Shown piece after piece: positions 24,548-33,057 of a stretch of 36,334 bases of DNA (the first letter of the stretch is position 1; each line of letters begins with the position of its first letter). The translations under genes and the position numbers were made by a program. The stretch covers positions 1-36,334 of the forward strand of contig JALXBF010000173.1 in the NCBI GenBank assembly GCA_026991575.1, in the 5' to 3' direction. This DNA comes from Planctomycetota bacterium (lineage in GTDB: Bacteria > Planctomycetota > Planctomycetia > JALXBF01). The notes below the pieces were generated by a model. The model was given only the letters and a program-made list of their open reading frames with translations, had not been told where the DNA came from and searched no databases.

Positions 24548-25576
24548 ATGGGCATGCATGACAAAGCCTACAGACAGTTGTTCGCCAACCCCGAAGTGGT
24601 CATGGAACTGCTCTCGGTCCTCTTCCGCCTCCTGTGGGACCGGCCAGTGCCGATTCAGAACCTCTATCGCGCTGCGGAAGGCCATGTGAGTCGGCGTGCG
24701 GACCGATCGCGGCTGGCAGACCTGGTGTGGGTTGCGGAGGTGGAGGGCCGGTACGTGGTGGTGGTGCTTGAATTCACCCGCACCGTGGAGCAGGACATGC
24801 TGGGTCGCATGATGGAGTACATGGCGCTGGCGTGGCGGTCGGTGAGGCGGGAACTGTTGTCGCGTGGGGTGCCGGCGGTGCCGTTGGTGGTCGGGGTGGT
24901 GATTTACAATGGAGAGGAGCGTTGGACGGCGGCGGAGTGGATTGGGGAGAGATGGCGCGGCCCCAGCATTGGGTACGTCCGGATCGACGTCTGGCACGAT
25001 CCGCTGGAGCGGTGGGCGGACTGTCCGCTGATCAGCTATGCGTTTCGGCTGCAGCGGGAGGAGGATCCGGAGCGGGTGGTCGAGTTGCTGCGGGAGTTGG
25101 CGACGCACCTGCGGGCACATGGTTTGGCTCATCTGGAGCCTTCGTTTGCGTACTTTGCGGGGTCTGTGGTGTTGGGTGGAGAGTTAACTGAGGAGGAGTT
25201 GTCGGCCATGTCGAAGATCGAAGAGGTCAACACTCGATTGGAACAGCTCAAGGAACGATGTCGACAGCAAGGGTTTGAAGAGGGCCGTCAGCGCGGATTT
25301 GAGGAGGGGTTTGAGGAGGGGCGTGAGCAAGGGCTTAAGGAGGGACACCAGCAGGGCTTTAAGGAGGGCAGTCAGCACGGCTTTGAGGAGGGGCGTCTCC
25401 AAGGGCTCGCAGAGGGTCAGCGATTAGCATTGGTGTCGGTTTTGGAAGCGCGTTTCGCGCCGTTACCCCAGTGGGCACGCGAGCGGATCGAGCAGGCAGG
25501 CAGCGAAGAACTGAACGCGTGGATTCGTCGCGCGGTAACGGCCGAGTCCCTCGAACGCGTCTTCGAGAACGACTGA
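24548..25576 (+). CDS. Rpn-family recombination-promoting nuclease / putative transposase (YhgA-like) with DUF4351-like tail
   Basis: HDKAYRQLF, RLADLVW, VVLEF, GRMMEY, VIYNGEERW; xxEG repeats; C-terminal LEARFAPLPQWARERIEQA..EELNAW..AESLERVF. Confidence 0.88.
   Translation: MGMHDKAYRQLFANPEVVMELLSVLFRLLWDRPVPIQNLYRAAEGHVSRRADRSRLADLVWVAEVEGRYVVVVLEFTRTVEQDMLGRMMEYMALAWRSVRRELLSRGVPAVPLVVGVVIYNGEERWTAAEWIGERWRGPSIGYVRIDVWHDPLERWADCPLISYAFRLQREEDPERVVELLRELATHLRAHGLAHLEPSFAYFAGSVVLGGELTEEELSAMSKIEEVNTRLEQLKERCRQQGFEEGRQRGFEEGFEEGREQGLKEGHQQGFKEGSQHGFEEGRLQGLAEGQRLALVSVLEARFAPLPQWARERIEQAGSEELNAWIRRAVTAESLERVFEND
25265..25417 (+). repeat. 12-nt (xxxG) coding tandem repeat in rpn copy 1
   Basis: 13 four-residue units (RQQG FEEG RQRG FEEG FEEG REQG LKEG HQQG FKEG SQHG FEEG RLQG LAEG) against 4 units in copy 2. 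Confidence 0.9.
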
Positions 25577-26320
25577 AACACCTCTGACCCGGAGTTTCAG
25601 ATCTATGCTGGCGGGGTAGGCGCACGGTCCGCGCGGCGACAGCTTGGGATCCGGTGTCCACTCTATCGGTAGATGGTTCGCCGCGTGCGCAAGCGATACG
25701 GTCACGCAGCCCTTCACCACTGGGTGCTCTGGTTCGCCCCAGCCCGGCGAGCACCGAGCAAACCGCCGTCCACGGCGTCGGGGAATCTTTCGTGGGGGAG
25801 AAACACGAACAAAGCTCGTACGGCTCGCGCTACCCATCAACAGAGCGGCAGGGGGGCATAGAGCCTCCCTGCCGCGAGTTCACGGTAGCTGGCGAGGTGA
25901 ACCGTCCCCGGACGCCGGCAAAACCAGCTGCCAACGCACCCGAAACCAACCCGCCAACGCGAAACACGAAAAAGGCAACGACCTCCCTCACGCACGGGGT
26001 AAGATACCCCCCTCCCGTCGGGTGCATCCGCATCCCCGTAGGCTCAGATCATCTCCGGCAGCACCCACGCGCGCCAAGCAAGGCATCCGGTCGAACCAAC
26101 CTGCCAAAAGGGATTGCGCCCGATGAAAACGATTCGCCCGCCAGCCCAACCGCCCAGCGTGCCATCCCTCCGCAGCACCACCGAGCCGCATCCTGTCCAA
26201 CCAGCGCCGCGCGCGCGGCGCGCGCTCACCCTCATTTCCCAACTAACGTCATCAGAGGGACCCCCATAAGGCATTGTCGCACAACGACCTGTCTCCACGC
26301 CTCACACCCGCCGCCCGCTT

Positions 26321-26337
26321 TGGCACGGCATGTGCCA
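26321..26337 (+). promoter_or_regulatory. Palindromic sigma-54-type promoter upstream of rpn copy 2
   Basis: TGGCACGGCATGTGCCA, identical to 24355-24371. Confidence 0.6.
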
Positions 26338-26514
26338 TAAACACTCACCATCACAAACACCAACCCCGCCCCACGCCCAACTGTGCACCGGGCGCGGGGA
26401 CAGGGCCGCCTGCGGCCGGCCAACCGTAGCCACCGCTGCACGCACCAGGTCGCCAGCAGGAACCTGCGATACGGCTACAAGTCACTGTCACAAGACAACC
26501 GACGGTGGCAGACG

Positions 26515-27435
26515 ATGGGCGTGCATGACAAAGCGTACAGACAGTTGTTCGCCAACCCCGAAGTGGTCATGGAACTGCTGTCGGTCCTCTTCCGCCTCCT
26601 GTGGGACCGGCCGATGCAGATTCAGAACTTGTATCGCGCTGCGGAAGGCCATGTGAGTCGGCGTGCGGACCGATCGCGTCTGGCGGACCTGGTGTGGGTT
26701 GCGGAGGTGGAGGGCCGGTACGTGGTGGTGGTGTTTGAGTTCACCCGCACGGTGGAGCAGGACATGCTGGGCCGCATGATGGAGTACATGGCGCTGGCGT
26801 GGCGGTCGGTGAGGCGGGAACTGTTGTCGCGTGGGGTGCCGGCGGTGCCGTTAGTGGTCGGGGTGGTGATTTACAATGGAGAGGAGCGTTGGACGGCGGC
26901 GGAGTGGATTGGGGAAAGATGGCGGGGCCCCAGCATTGGGTACGTCCGCATCGACGTCTGGCACGATCCGCTGGAGCGGTGGGCGGACAGTCCGCTGATC
27001 AGCTATGCGTTTCGGCTGCAGCGGGAGGAGGATCCGGAGCGGGTGGTCGAGTTGCTGCGGGAGTTGGCGGCGCACTTGCGGGCACATGGTTTGGATCATC
27101 TGGAGCCTTCGTTTGCGTACTTTGCGGGGTCTGTGGTGTTGGGCGGGGAGTTAACCGAGGAGGAGTTATCGGCCATGTCGAAGATCGAAGAGGTCAACAC
27201 TCGGTTGGAACAGCTCAAGGAACGATGTCGACAGCAAGGGTTTGAGGAGGGGCGTCTGCAAGGGCTCGAAGAGGGCCAGCGATTAGCATTGATGTCGGTC
27301 TTGGAAGCGCGTTTTGCGCCGCTACCCCAGTGGGCACGCGAGCGGATCGAGCAAGCGGACAGCGAAGAACTGAACGCGTGGATTCGTCGCGCGGTAACGG
27401 CTGAGTCCCTCGAACGCGTCTTCGAGAACGACTGA
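26515..27435 (+). CDS. Rpn-family nuclease, copy 2 (306 aa)
   Basis: Near-identical to 24548-25576. Start set at MGVHDKAY by homology; it lacks 36 aa of xxEG repeats. Confidence 0.88.
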   Translation: MGVHDKAYRQLFANPEVVMELLSVLFRLLWDRPMQIQNLYRAAEGHVSRRADRSRLADLVWVAEVEGRYVVVVFEFTRTVEQDMLGRMMEYMALAWRSVRRELLSRGVPAVPLVVGVVIYNGEERWTAAEWIGERWRGPSIGYVRIDVWHDPLERWADSPLISYAFRLQREEDPERVVELLRELAAHLRAHGLDHLEPSFAYFAGSVVLGGELTEEELSAMSKIEEVNTRLEQLKERCRQQGFEEGRLQGLEEGQRLALMSVLEARFAPLPQWARERIEQADSEELNAWIRRAVTAESLERVFEND

Positions 27436-27634
27436 AACACTGACCCACAGCTCCAGCTCCCGGCTGGCCGGTCGGATACACGGTGCCCTCGTCGGCGATG
27501 TTTGGCCTCTTGCAGCCACTCAATCAGCAGCTCGTTCGCAGTGTGTGCAAGCCATACGCGGAAGGACACCTTCGCCACATCTCTGGAGCAATTCGTGAAC
27601 CGAAAGGTTCACGGATCCGGCGTGCCTGAGCGGG

Positions 27635-28560
27635 ATAGGACTAGCAGGCACCGGTTGCCCGGGGCCCGCCCCCACCGAACTGGACGCACGGTTCTCCCGC
27701 ACCCGGCTCTACAGTCGGCGGCCCTACCACAAAGGAGACTTCCCTGAGGCGGTTAGCCACGCGGGACGGCCAGCCGTGTTCGACTTAAAAACGACCGAGT
27801 CACCTTCTGCGCGGGTCGCCTCCAGGCCCAACGACGCACACCGGGCTGGGACCTCACCATCTCACACGCCGTCACCCGAGGCCGCCGGGAGACAACCTCC
27901 AGCTTCACGGCCATCGCCAGAGCCTCACTCCAGCCGCGCCACCTTCTTCAGCCATCCCGAGCACTCACGCTGGTACCCGTCTGCCGCTGCACCTTCCGCT
28001 CGCCTCCACCTTCCTGGGGCCCTTCCCTCCACGGGCATGAGCCGGCTCTCTCGCTTGCTTGCGACCCTCTGACTCCTGATGGGCCGCTCCTCCTGTCGGT
28101 TCGGTGCTCTGGCTCGCTTCGGTCCGCCAAGCACCACGCGGATGGCCGGGGGACATCTTACAGGGCCCACCCTATACCCTGATGTACCGCAGGCTCCTCG
28201 CGTCCCCTGCCGATCAGGCCTCCGTCGTTCACGTCATCGGACCTTCCGAGCATTCCGCCCCCAACCACCCCACGTCGCCATCCGGATCGGTCTGTCTTCC
28301 CCGGATGCTGACCTGGCCTTCCGACAAGGCATCTTGGGCTTCGCCACTACCCGGCAGGTTCGACACGACGTCAGGCCGAATCGGGTTCCTCTCGTCCGGA
28401 CTACTCGTTCGCCTCCGGTTGCTCTCCACGTCCTCGTCAGGGGCCGTGTAACAGCAGCACCCCCGCCAAGGGAATGGGCGGCCCAGGCAGGCTACTCCAA
28501 TCGGCGGGCGGGTGGCCTTATGTCCCCCGCCCGCAAGGTTGATGGATAGCGCGGGCGCAC
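27635..28560 (-). ncRNA. ORF-less group II intron (IIB-like, partly degenerate)
   Basis: Minus strand begins GTGCGCC (28560) and ends AGTCCTAT (27635). DV GAGCCGGGTGCGGGAGAACCGTGCGTCCAGTTC (27709-27677) has the AGC triad; DVI has a GCAA loop; DIII-like GAGTCAGAGGG...GCCCGTGGAGGGAAGGGCCCC (28075-28016); DII stem CCTGAT/ATCAGG; DI motifs GTGGAGAGCAACCGGAGGCGAAC, GATTCGGCC and GGCGAAGCC. No RT ORF in the roughly 300-nt DIV. Confidence 0.85.
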
Positions 28561-28580
28561 CTCCAAAAGATTTTCTCCTT

Positions 28581-28617
28581 CCGGGCCGCGGGCGGGTCGA
28601 TCCCGCCCGCGGCCCGG
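28581..28617. repeat. Perfect 16-bp inverted repeat
   Basis: CCGGGCCGCGGGCGGG-TCGAT-CCCGCCCGCGGCCCGG, 20 nt upstream of the intron 5' end. Confidence 0.9.
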
Positions 28618-28695
28618 GTGGTCCGATTCCCTTGGGCAGGCGCTGTACACAGAGAAACTGTGCTGTCGTCTCGGAGGGAGCGCGGTGCCACCTCG

Positions 28696-28727
28696 CCGAC
28701 GCCGCGGACTGCCGTCCGCGGCGTCGG
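28696..28727. repeat. Perfect 14-bp inverted repeat (terminator-like on +)
   Basis: CCGACGCCGCGGAC-TGCC-GTCCGCGGCGTCGG followed by GGCCTTTT. Confidence 0.85.
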
Positions 28728-28762
28728 GGCCTTTTCAAATGGGAAACAGAAAAAAACAAACC

Positions 28763-28778
28763 TGGCACCGCCCGTGCT
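28763..28778 (+). promoter_or_regulatory. Possible sigma-54 promoter
   Basis: TGGCAC-CGCCC-GTGCT (GG-N10-GC) preceded by an A-tract; overlaps the start of a copy resembling the intron 5' end. Confidence 0.45.
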
Positions 28779-28913
28779 ACCCATCAACACAGCGGCAGGG
28801 GGGGCATGAAGCCTCCCTGCCGCCCATTGAAGCACGCTCCCGGGTCGAGTGGGCCGTCCCCTGGGCGGCGTTCCTGCTCTTCCGCCCGTCGCAAGCGCCC
28901 AGTTACCAGCGCC

Positions 28914-29730
28914 GACACGCTGCGCTATGAGTACGACGTCCTGCACCGGCCGGTGAAGGCGATCGATCCCCATGAGGACACCGACCCGACAAACAACCCC
29001 GTCTGGCAGACGCTCTCCAACGCAGCCTACGAAGTCATCGCAACCATCGATCCGCTGGGCAACCAGACCACGATCGCCTACACCCTCACCGGCATGGTCG
29101 CCGCGGTCACTGACCCCTTGGGCCGCACGACGCGGTACCGCTACAACGCCCGCGACTGGCGGACGGCCATCATCTTGCCCGATGGCGACAGCGACCCGAA
29201 CAACAACCCGGAGATCACTTTTGGCTATGATGAGGAAGGCAATCTCATCTCGCTGACCGATGCCGACGGGAACACGACCCAGTGGCGGTTGGATGCCGTG
29301 GATCGGGTCATCGAAGAGATCAACGCGCTGGGACTGAGCCGCTTCTTCGAGCACGATGCCGCCGGACAGCTGACGGCCGTCGTCGATCGCAACGGACGGC
29401 GGCGTGAGTTCGATTACGACCTCGACGGCCGCCGCACCGCAGCGAAGTGGCTCGACGGCCAGGGCCAGATCGTCTTCCAGATCAACTACACCTGGGATGC
29501 CGCCAACCAGTTGATCGGCGTCTCCGACCCGAACCAGACCTACACGCTTGCCTACGACGACGCCGGCCGCATCATCAGTCTGGACAACACCGGTAGCCCC
29601 TCGATCTACCCGGTCATCCAGCTCACCAACACCTACGACGATGCCGCCAACCGCATCCGCCTCACCGACAACTACGGCACCGAGTTGCGGTACGAGTATG
29701 ACAGCCTGTCGCGCATGACGCAGGCGGACT
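28914..29730 (+). pseudogene. RHS/YD-repeat core fragment
   Basis: Repeated YD motifs (YEYDVLHR, TDPLGRTTRYRYN, YDEEGNL, YDLDGR, YDDAGR, YDDAANR, YEYDSLSR). No credible start codon and no DPxG core terminus. Confidence 0.9.
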
Positions 29731-29733
29731 TGA

Positions 29734-29952
29734 TGGAATGGCAACTACGTGCCGCGTTGGCACCACACGCTTTCCGACCCGTACAGGTGGACAACCTTTC
29801 CGAGGAAGGAAAAGATCATCTGGACGACACTCTACATGCGCTACTTTACGCACAAGAGAGTACTCCAGCAGATCATGCGCATCCCGTGGGCGTATGATGG
29901 CGCCGCTGCGGGTGCGGTGTACGGGGGTGTCTCCGGCTACTACGGTTACTAG
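29734..29952 (+). pseudogene. Probable orphan C-terminal tip of an RHS toxin
   Basis: A different frame immediately after the YD core reads WNGNYVPRWHHTLSDPYRW...QQIMRIPWAYDGAAAGAVYGGVSGYYGY*, has lower GC, and ends just before an immunity-like gene. Confidence 0.5.
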
Positions 29953-29980
29953 GGTTCCAACCGCCCTGGAGGTTTGCACC

Positions 29981-30820
29981 GTGCCGCTCTTTCTCGGCTG
30001 TTGGCGAACTCCTCTGAAACACGTAGAACGTGTCGCACTGGCCGCGTGGCGCCGAAGTCTGGCACCCGAGGCACGTGCTCTGCTCCGCCGGCAACTAGCG
30101 GTTCGCACCGCGATCTCCCGCGACCTTCGCGGAAAGTGCGTCTCTTTCGGCGTCGGACACACAGGCGTGCCAAAATTCCCGAACACGTCGGAAGCGCACG
30201 CGGCCCGGGTTGTCATGAAGGCCAGCGTTGCCGGCCCAATCCGGTTACGGTGCGACATCTATTGTTGTGCCGGATACCTTTTCGAGCTGATTTTCAGCCG
30301 GCCTACGGCCGACATCCAGAGAATAGACCTTTCTAGTATTCATGTGGACCTCTACGCCAATCTGCTCGAAGCGGAAGGTGAGCCCACGGCACTATCGGTG
30401 CGCGATATGAATCGCCTAGCTGACCATTTTGCGATCGGCCCTATCGATGACGCAAGGACTCCCGCTCCTGCACGCCGGCTAGACGCGTTTCGGCGGGCCT
30501 GGGTTGACGTCCTCCCGCACGATTACCTTCAGCTGTGCTCGTGGTGTGACTCTATTACAAGCGGCCAGTGGCAGTTCTTGGGAACTACAGCCTACCTGGT
30601 TGCTTTTACCGAAGACATCAACCTTCTCGTCCTAGCTTCTGGTCCTAACGGGCTCATGCTAGCGGTGCGTGTGCCGGCGACTCGGGACACTGTCGTGGAA
30701 CTATACGAACATGACACGCCCGTTCCAATCGGTCAGTGGGATGGGTTTGTGGACGCTTTCCGGTATGTCTGCTCAGGGCTGTCTGGTCCGAACAGCGCCC
30801 CGGCATTTCGTCGGGGCTGA
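29981..30820 (+). CDS. Putative immunity protein with C-terminal SMI1/KNR4 (SUKH)-like domain
   Basis: GGAGG SD before GTG 29981; PAPARRLDAFRRAWVDVLPHDYLQLCSWCD fits the SUKH pattern PA..LP.DY; lies directly downstream of RHS. Confidence 0.7.
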   Translation: MPLFLGCWRTPLKHVERVALAAWRRSLAPEARALLRRQLAVRTAISRDLRGKCVSFGVGHTGVPKFPNTSEAHAARVVMKASVAGPIRLRCDIYCCAGYLFELIFSRPTADIQRIDLSSIHVDLYANLLEAEGEPTALSVRDMNRLADHFAIGPIDDARTPAPARRLDAFRRAWVDVLPHDYLQLCSWCDSITSGQWQFLGTTAYLVAFTEDINLLVLASGPNGLMLAVRVPATRDTVVELYEHDTPVPIGQWDGFVDAFRYVCSGLSGPNSAPAFRRG

Positions 30821-30837
30821 CACATCCGAAATCGTGA

Positions 30838-32069
30838 AAGGGGATCGCGTACAGAGCTGTTGTAGCAGGCCGATCCTGTTCGCTCCGTTTTGCATGCAGA
30901 CCGAATCGATGCTCCCCTCGGGGTAAGGGTCCCTTGGAGTCAGGACAGGGCCTGGCGCATTTGCTAGTGCCGTCGTCGGCGCTGGCACCAAACGCCGAAT
31001 GCGCATCTGCTCCTCCCGAAATGAGAGATCCAAGCTCCAGTGCAGCTGGTTCTCGGTCGACCAGCGCTTACGAAGTGCCTTCGCATGGGGTCGGCATCCG
31101 GCTCGTTGCTGGATACGTGGTAGCCCACGTGCTCTATCCCCCGCCCAGAACACTGGCAAATCGTCTCGGTTGTCGCCAGTGCGATCGTTCTGATGCTCTG
31201 CCAGCCAGGCAGCGCGCGGATCTCGGCCGGTGCCGGCGTCGCCGTCGCGCAACGAGTCTCCCGACGGCCATGCCCACGATCCTGCTGGCAGCACCTCGGA
31301 AGTCTGGACAGCTTCCCTCTTTCGCCCATGGCCATAAGATACTCCCGCACCCTCAGATAAAGCGTCGGCTGGTTTGCCTTCAAGGTCAGCACGTACTTCC
31401 ACACGTTCGCCACGATCGGTTCGACAATGTGCGCGTGGCAGCCAGCCGCGTCGCTCGTCACACTGGCGCCATTCAGTTCGAGCGAATCGATTAGATGCGG
31501 CATCACCACCGTCTCGTTGGTATACGGCTCGGCACCGACCTGGCGCAGCGCCACCGCCTCCTCCGTGGCCCATGCTGTAACCACCTGCAGCACCGCTCCC
31601 CCAGCCCGCCCACGCTGCGCCCGTCGCGACGCCATCCCGTCTATCGCCCCCAACGACTGAGCGACCTCCCACGGCGGGCACGCAAGTCCAACAGCTACTC
31701 CGTCCACGCCCCGATCAACTCCTCAGGGTCCACGCCCTGAAACACGTGCGCAAACGTGTCATCCGACGGAATCCCATGCGGCAAATCCAGCGACCTGCGA
31801 AAAAAACGCCTCTTCTCATGCAGCAACATGTCACGATTGCCTGCAAACTCCTCGCCCTGCATAGGATGGCGCATGACGCCAGAACCACGACCGTATCCAG
31901 CCGATGACGAACCCTCGCGCGCTGACGCCCCGGGTCCCGCATCCTCGACAGATACTGCACCAACGGATCCTCGCTGCCCGGGCCATGCTACTCCTCCATG
32001 ATCCCTAGTCCGAAGCCGGTGAGCGCGGACAGTTTGCCACCATCCCTCTCTGATGCAACGGCCGCCCTT
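30838..32069 (-). mobile_element. ISAs1-family (H-repeat) element, transposase pseudogene
   Basis: Frameshifted pieces RDPGR..VRHRL..VVLASCAILC, HGIPSDDTF, AIDG, TNE..P.L, VTSDAAGC, YVLTLKANQPTL, DRGHGRRETR and WSTENQLHWSLDLSFREE; GGAGG SD with ATG at 31986. Ends are approximate. Confidence 0.88.
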
Positions 32070-32123
32070 CGTCGTGGGACCCACGGTTCCAGGTGCGTCA
32101 GCCGTGACGGAAAGGGGTGCTAC

Positions 32124-32765
32124 TCAGAAGGCAGCGGATGCAATGCAGACGATCAGTAAGAGCGTGTACGCCGTGGTGTGTTCTCTGCGCTCTGCTTCAT
32201 TGTCGACGTTCAGTGCGTGGAACACGAGACGCGTTAACAGGCAGGACAGTCCGACGATGGCGAGCCCCCTCATCAGAACCAGCTCGGTACTTGCGACGAT
32301 AGGCGGTTCCAACGGTGACGTCGGACGTGAGGTGTGCCACCCAGCCAGTTCGGTTGCGAGGGAGAGAGACGTCGAAGGCAGAACCGTGACGGCGTACGCG
32401 AACGCCGGGGCAGTGAGCGCAAATGCCAGCACCACGGCAAACCAACGAAAGACCCATGACGGCACGATGCGCCGCGCTAGCGTGGCCAATGTGTAGGTCA
32501 ACACGCAGAACAAGACCGCACCACATGCAGCCAGAGAAGACGCTACGGCTGCGTGGGGTGTCCACCACCAGGCGGATGCGGCAACTGCGGCTTGGTAGAA
32601 CGATCGGGGGAAGTCGAACGGCGGAGCCGTACTGGCACAGCGCGACCAGACGAAAGCTAGAAGGTACACTAGGGCCAGCGTGCTCGACGTGCGATCCAGG
32701 AGGTCTCTTGGAAGCCAGTTTGCCTTGAACACGCCACGCATGGGATCGTTTCTCCCCTTGCGCAT
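32124..32765 (-). CDS. Hypothetical multi-pass membrane protein
   Basis: 213-aa ORF with about 5 hydrophobic segments; no recognisable family. Confidence 0.6.
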   Translation of the reverse strand: MRKGRNDPMRGVFKANWLPRDLLDRTSSTLALVYLLAFVWSRCASTAPPFDFPRSFYQAAVAASAWWWTPHAAVASSLAACGAVLFCVLTYTLATLARRIVPSWVFRWFAVVLAFALTAPAFAYAVTVLPSTSLSLATELAGWHTSRPTSPLEPPIVASTELVLMRGLAIVGLSCLLTRLVFHALNVDNEAERREHTTAYTLLLIVCIASAAF

Positions 32766-33057
32766 GGGCCGATGTTACGAACCACTGGTAATCCGCTAGC
32801 CGCCAGTCGAGTGGCGTCGCTGGGGGAGCTGCTGCATGAGCTCGCGGTTGGTCGACCCGGCGGCGCTCTCGCCGTTCCCTGGCTGCCCTCCGGCGCCCAG
32901 CAGACCCGTTAGCGCGCCTAGGCATCTGCTGTGTCCTCGTGAGACTGCTGGAAGCCGTCCTCACCCAGGGGACCGGAAACACCACGGTCTGCGCGATTGG
33001 TCCGGCTCTGAGCCGGGCGAGAGCTTGAACGCAGTGGCGCTGACGTCGTGGCCGGCT

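Larger units (their letters stand above)
23790..25720 (+). repeat. Rpn cassette, copy 1 of a tandem duplication (boundaries approximate)
   Basis: About 700 nt of upstream non-coding DNA, the rpn gene and about 140 nt downstream all align with 25760-27580. Confidence 0.8.
25760..27580 (+). repeat. Rpn cassette, copy 2 (boundaries approximate)
   Basis: Direct repeat of 23790-25720 with patchy divergence. Confidence 0.8.

Noticed and set aside
25265..25417. Short periodic repeats as a possible CRISPR array
   Set aside because: They are 12-nt in-frame coding units without spacers; no CRISPR array or cas gene was seen anywhere in the window.
25818..27634. Idea that each Rpn cassette is a whole group II intron with Rpn replacing the RT
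   Set aside because: No DII/DIII motifs between the 5' module and rpn, and no pairing DV/DVI after the stop; AAGCCATACGCGGAA near 27549 resembles only half of a DV.
28512..28913. N-terminal extension of the 461-aa RHS ORF
   Set aside because: It reads through hairpins and repeat modules with non-protein-like composition; RHS similarity starts only at about 28914.
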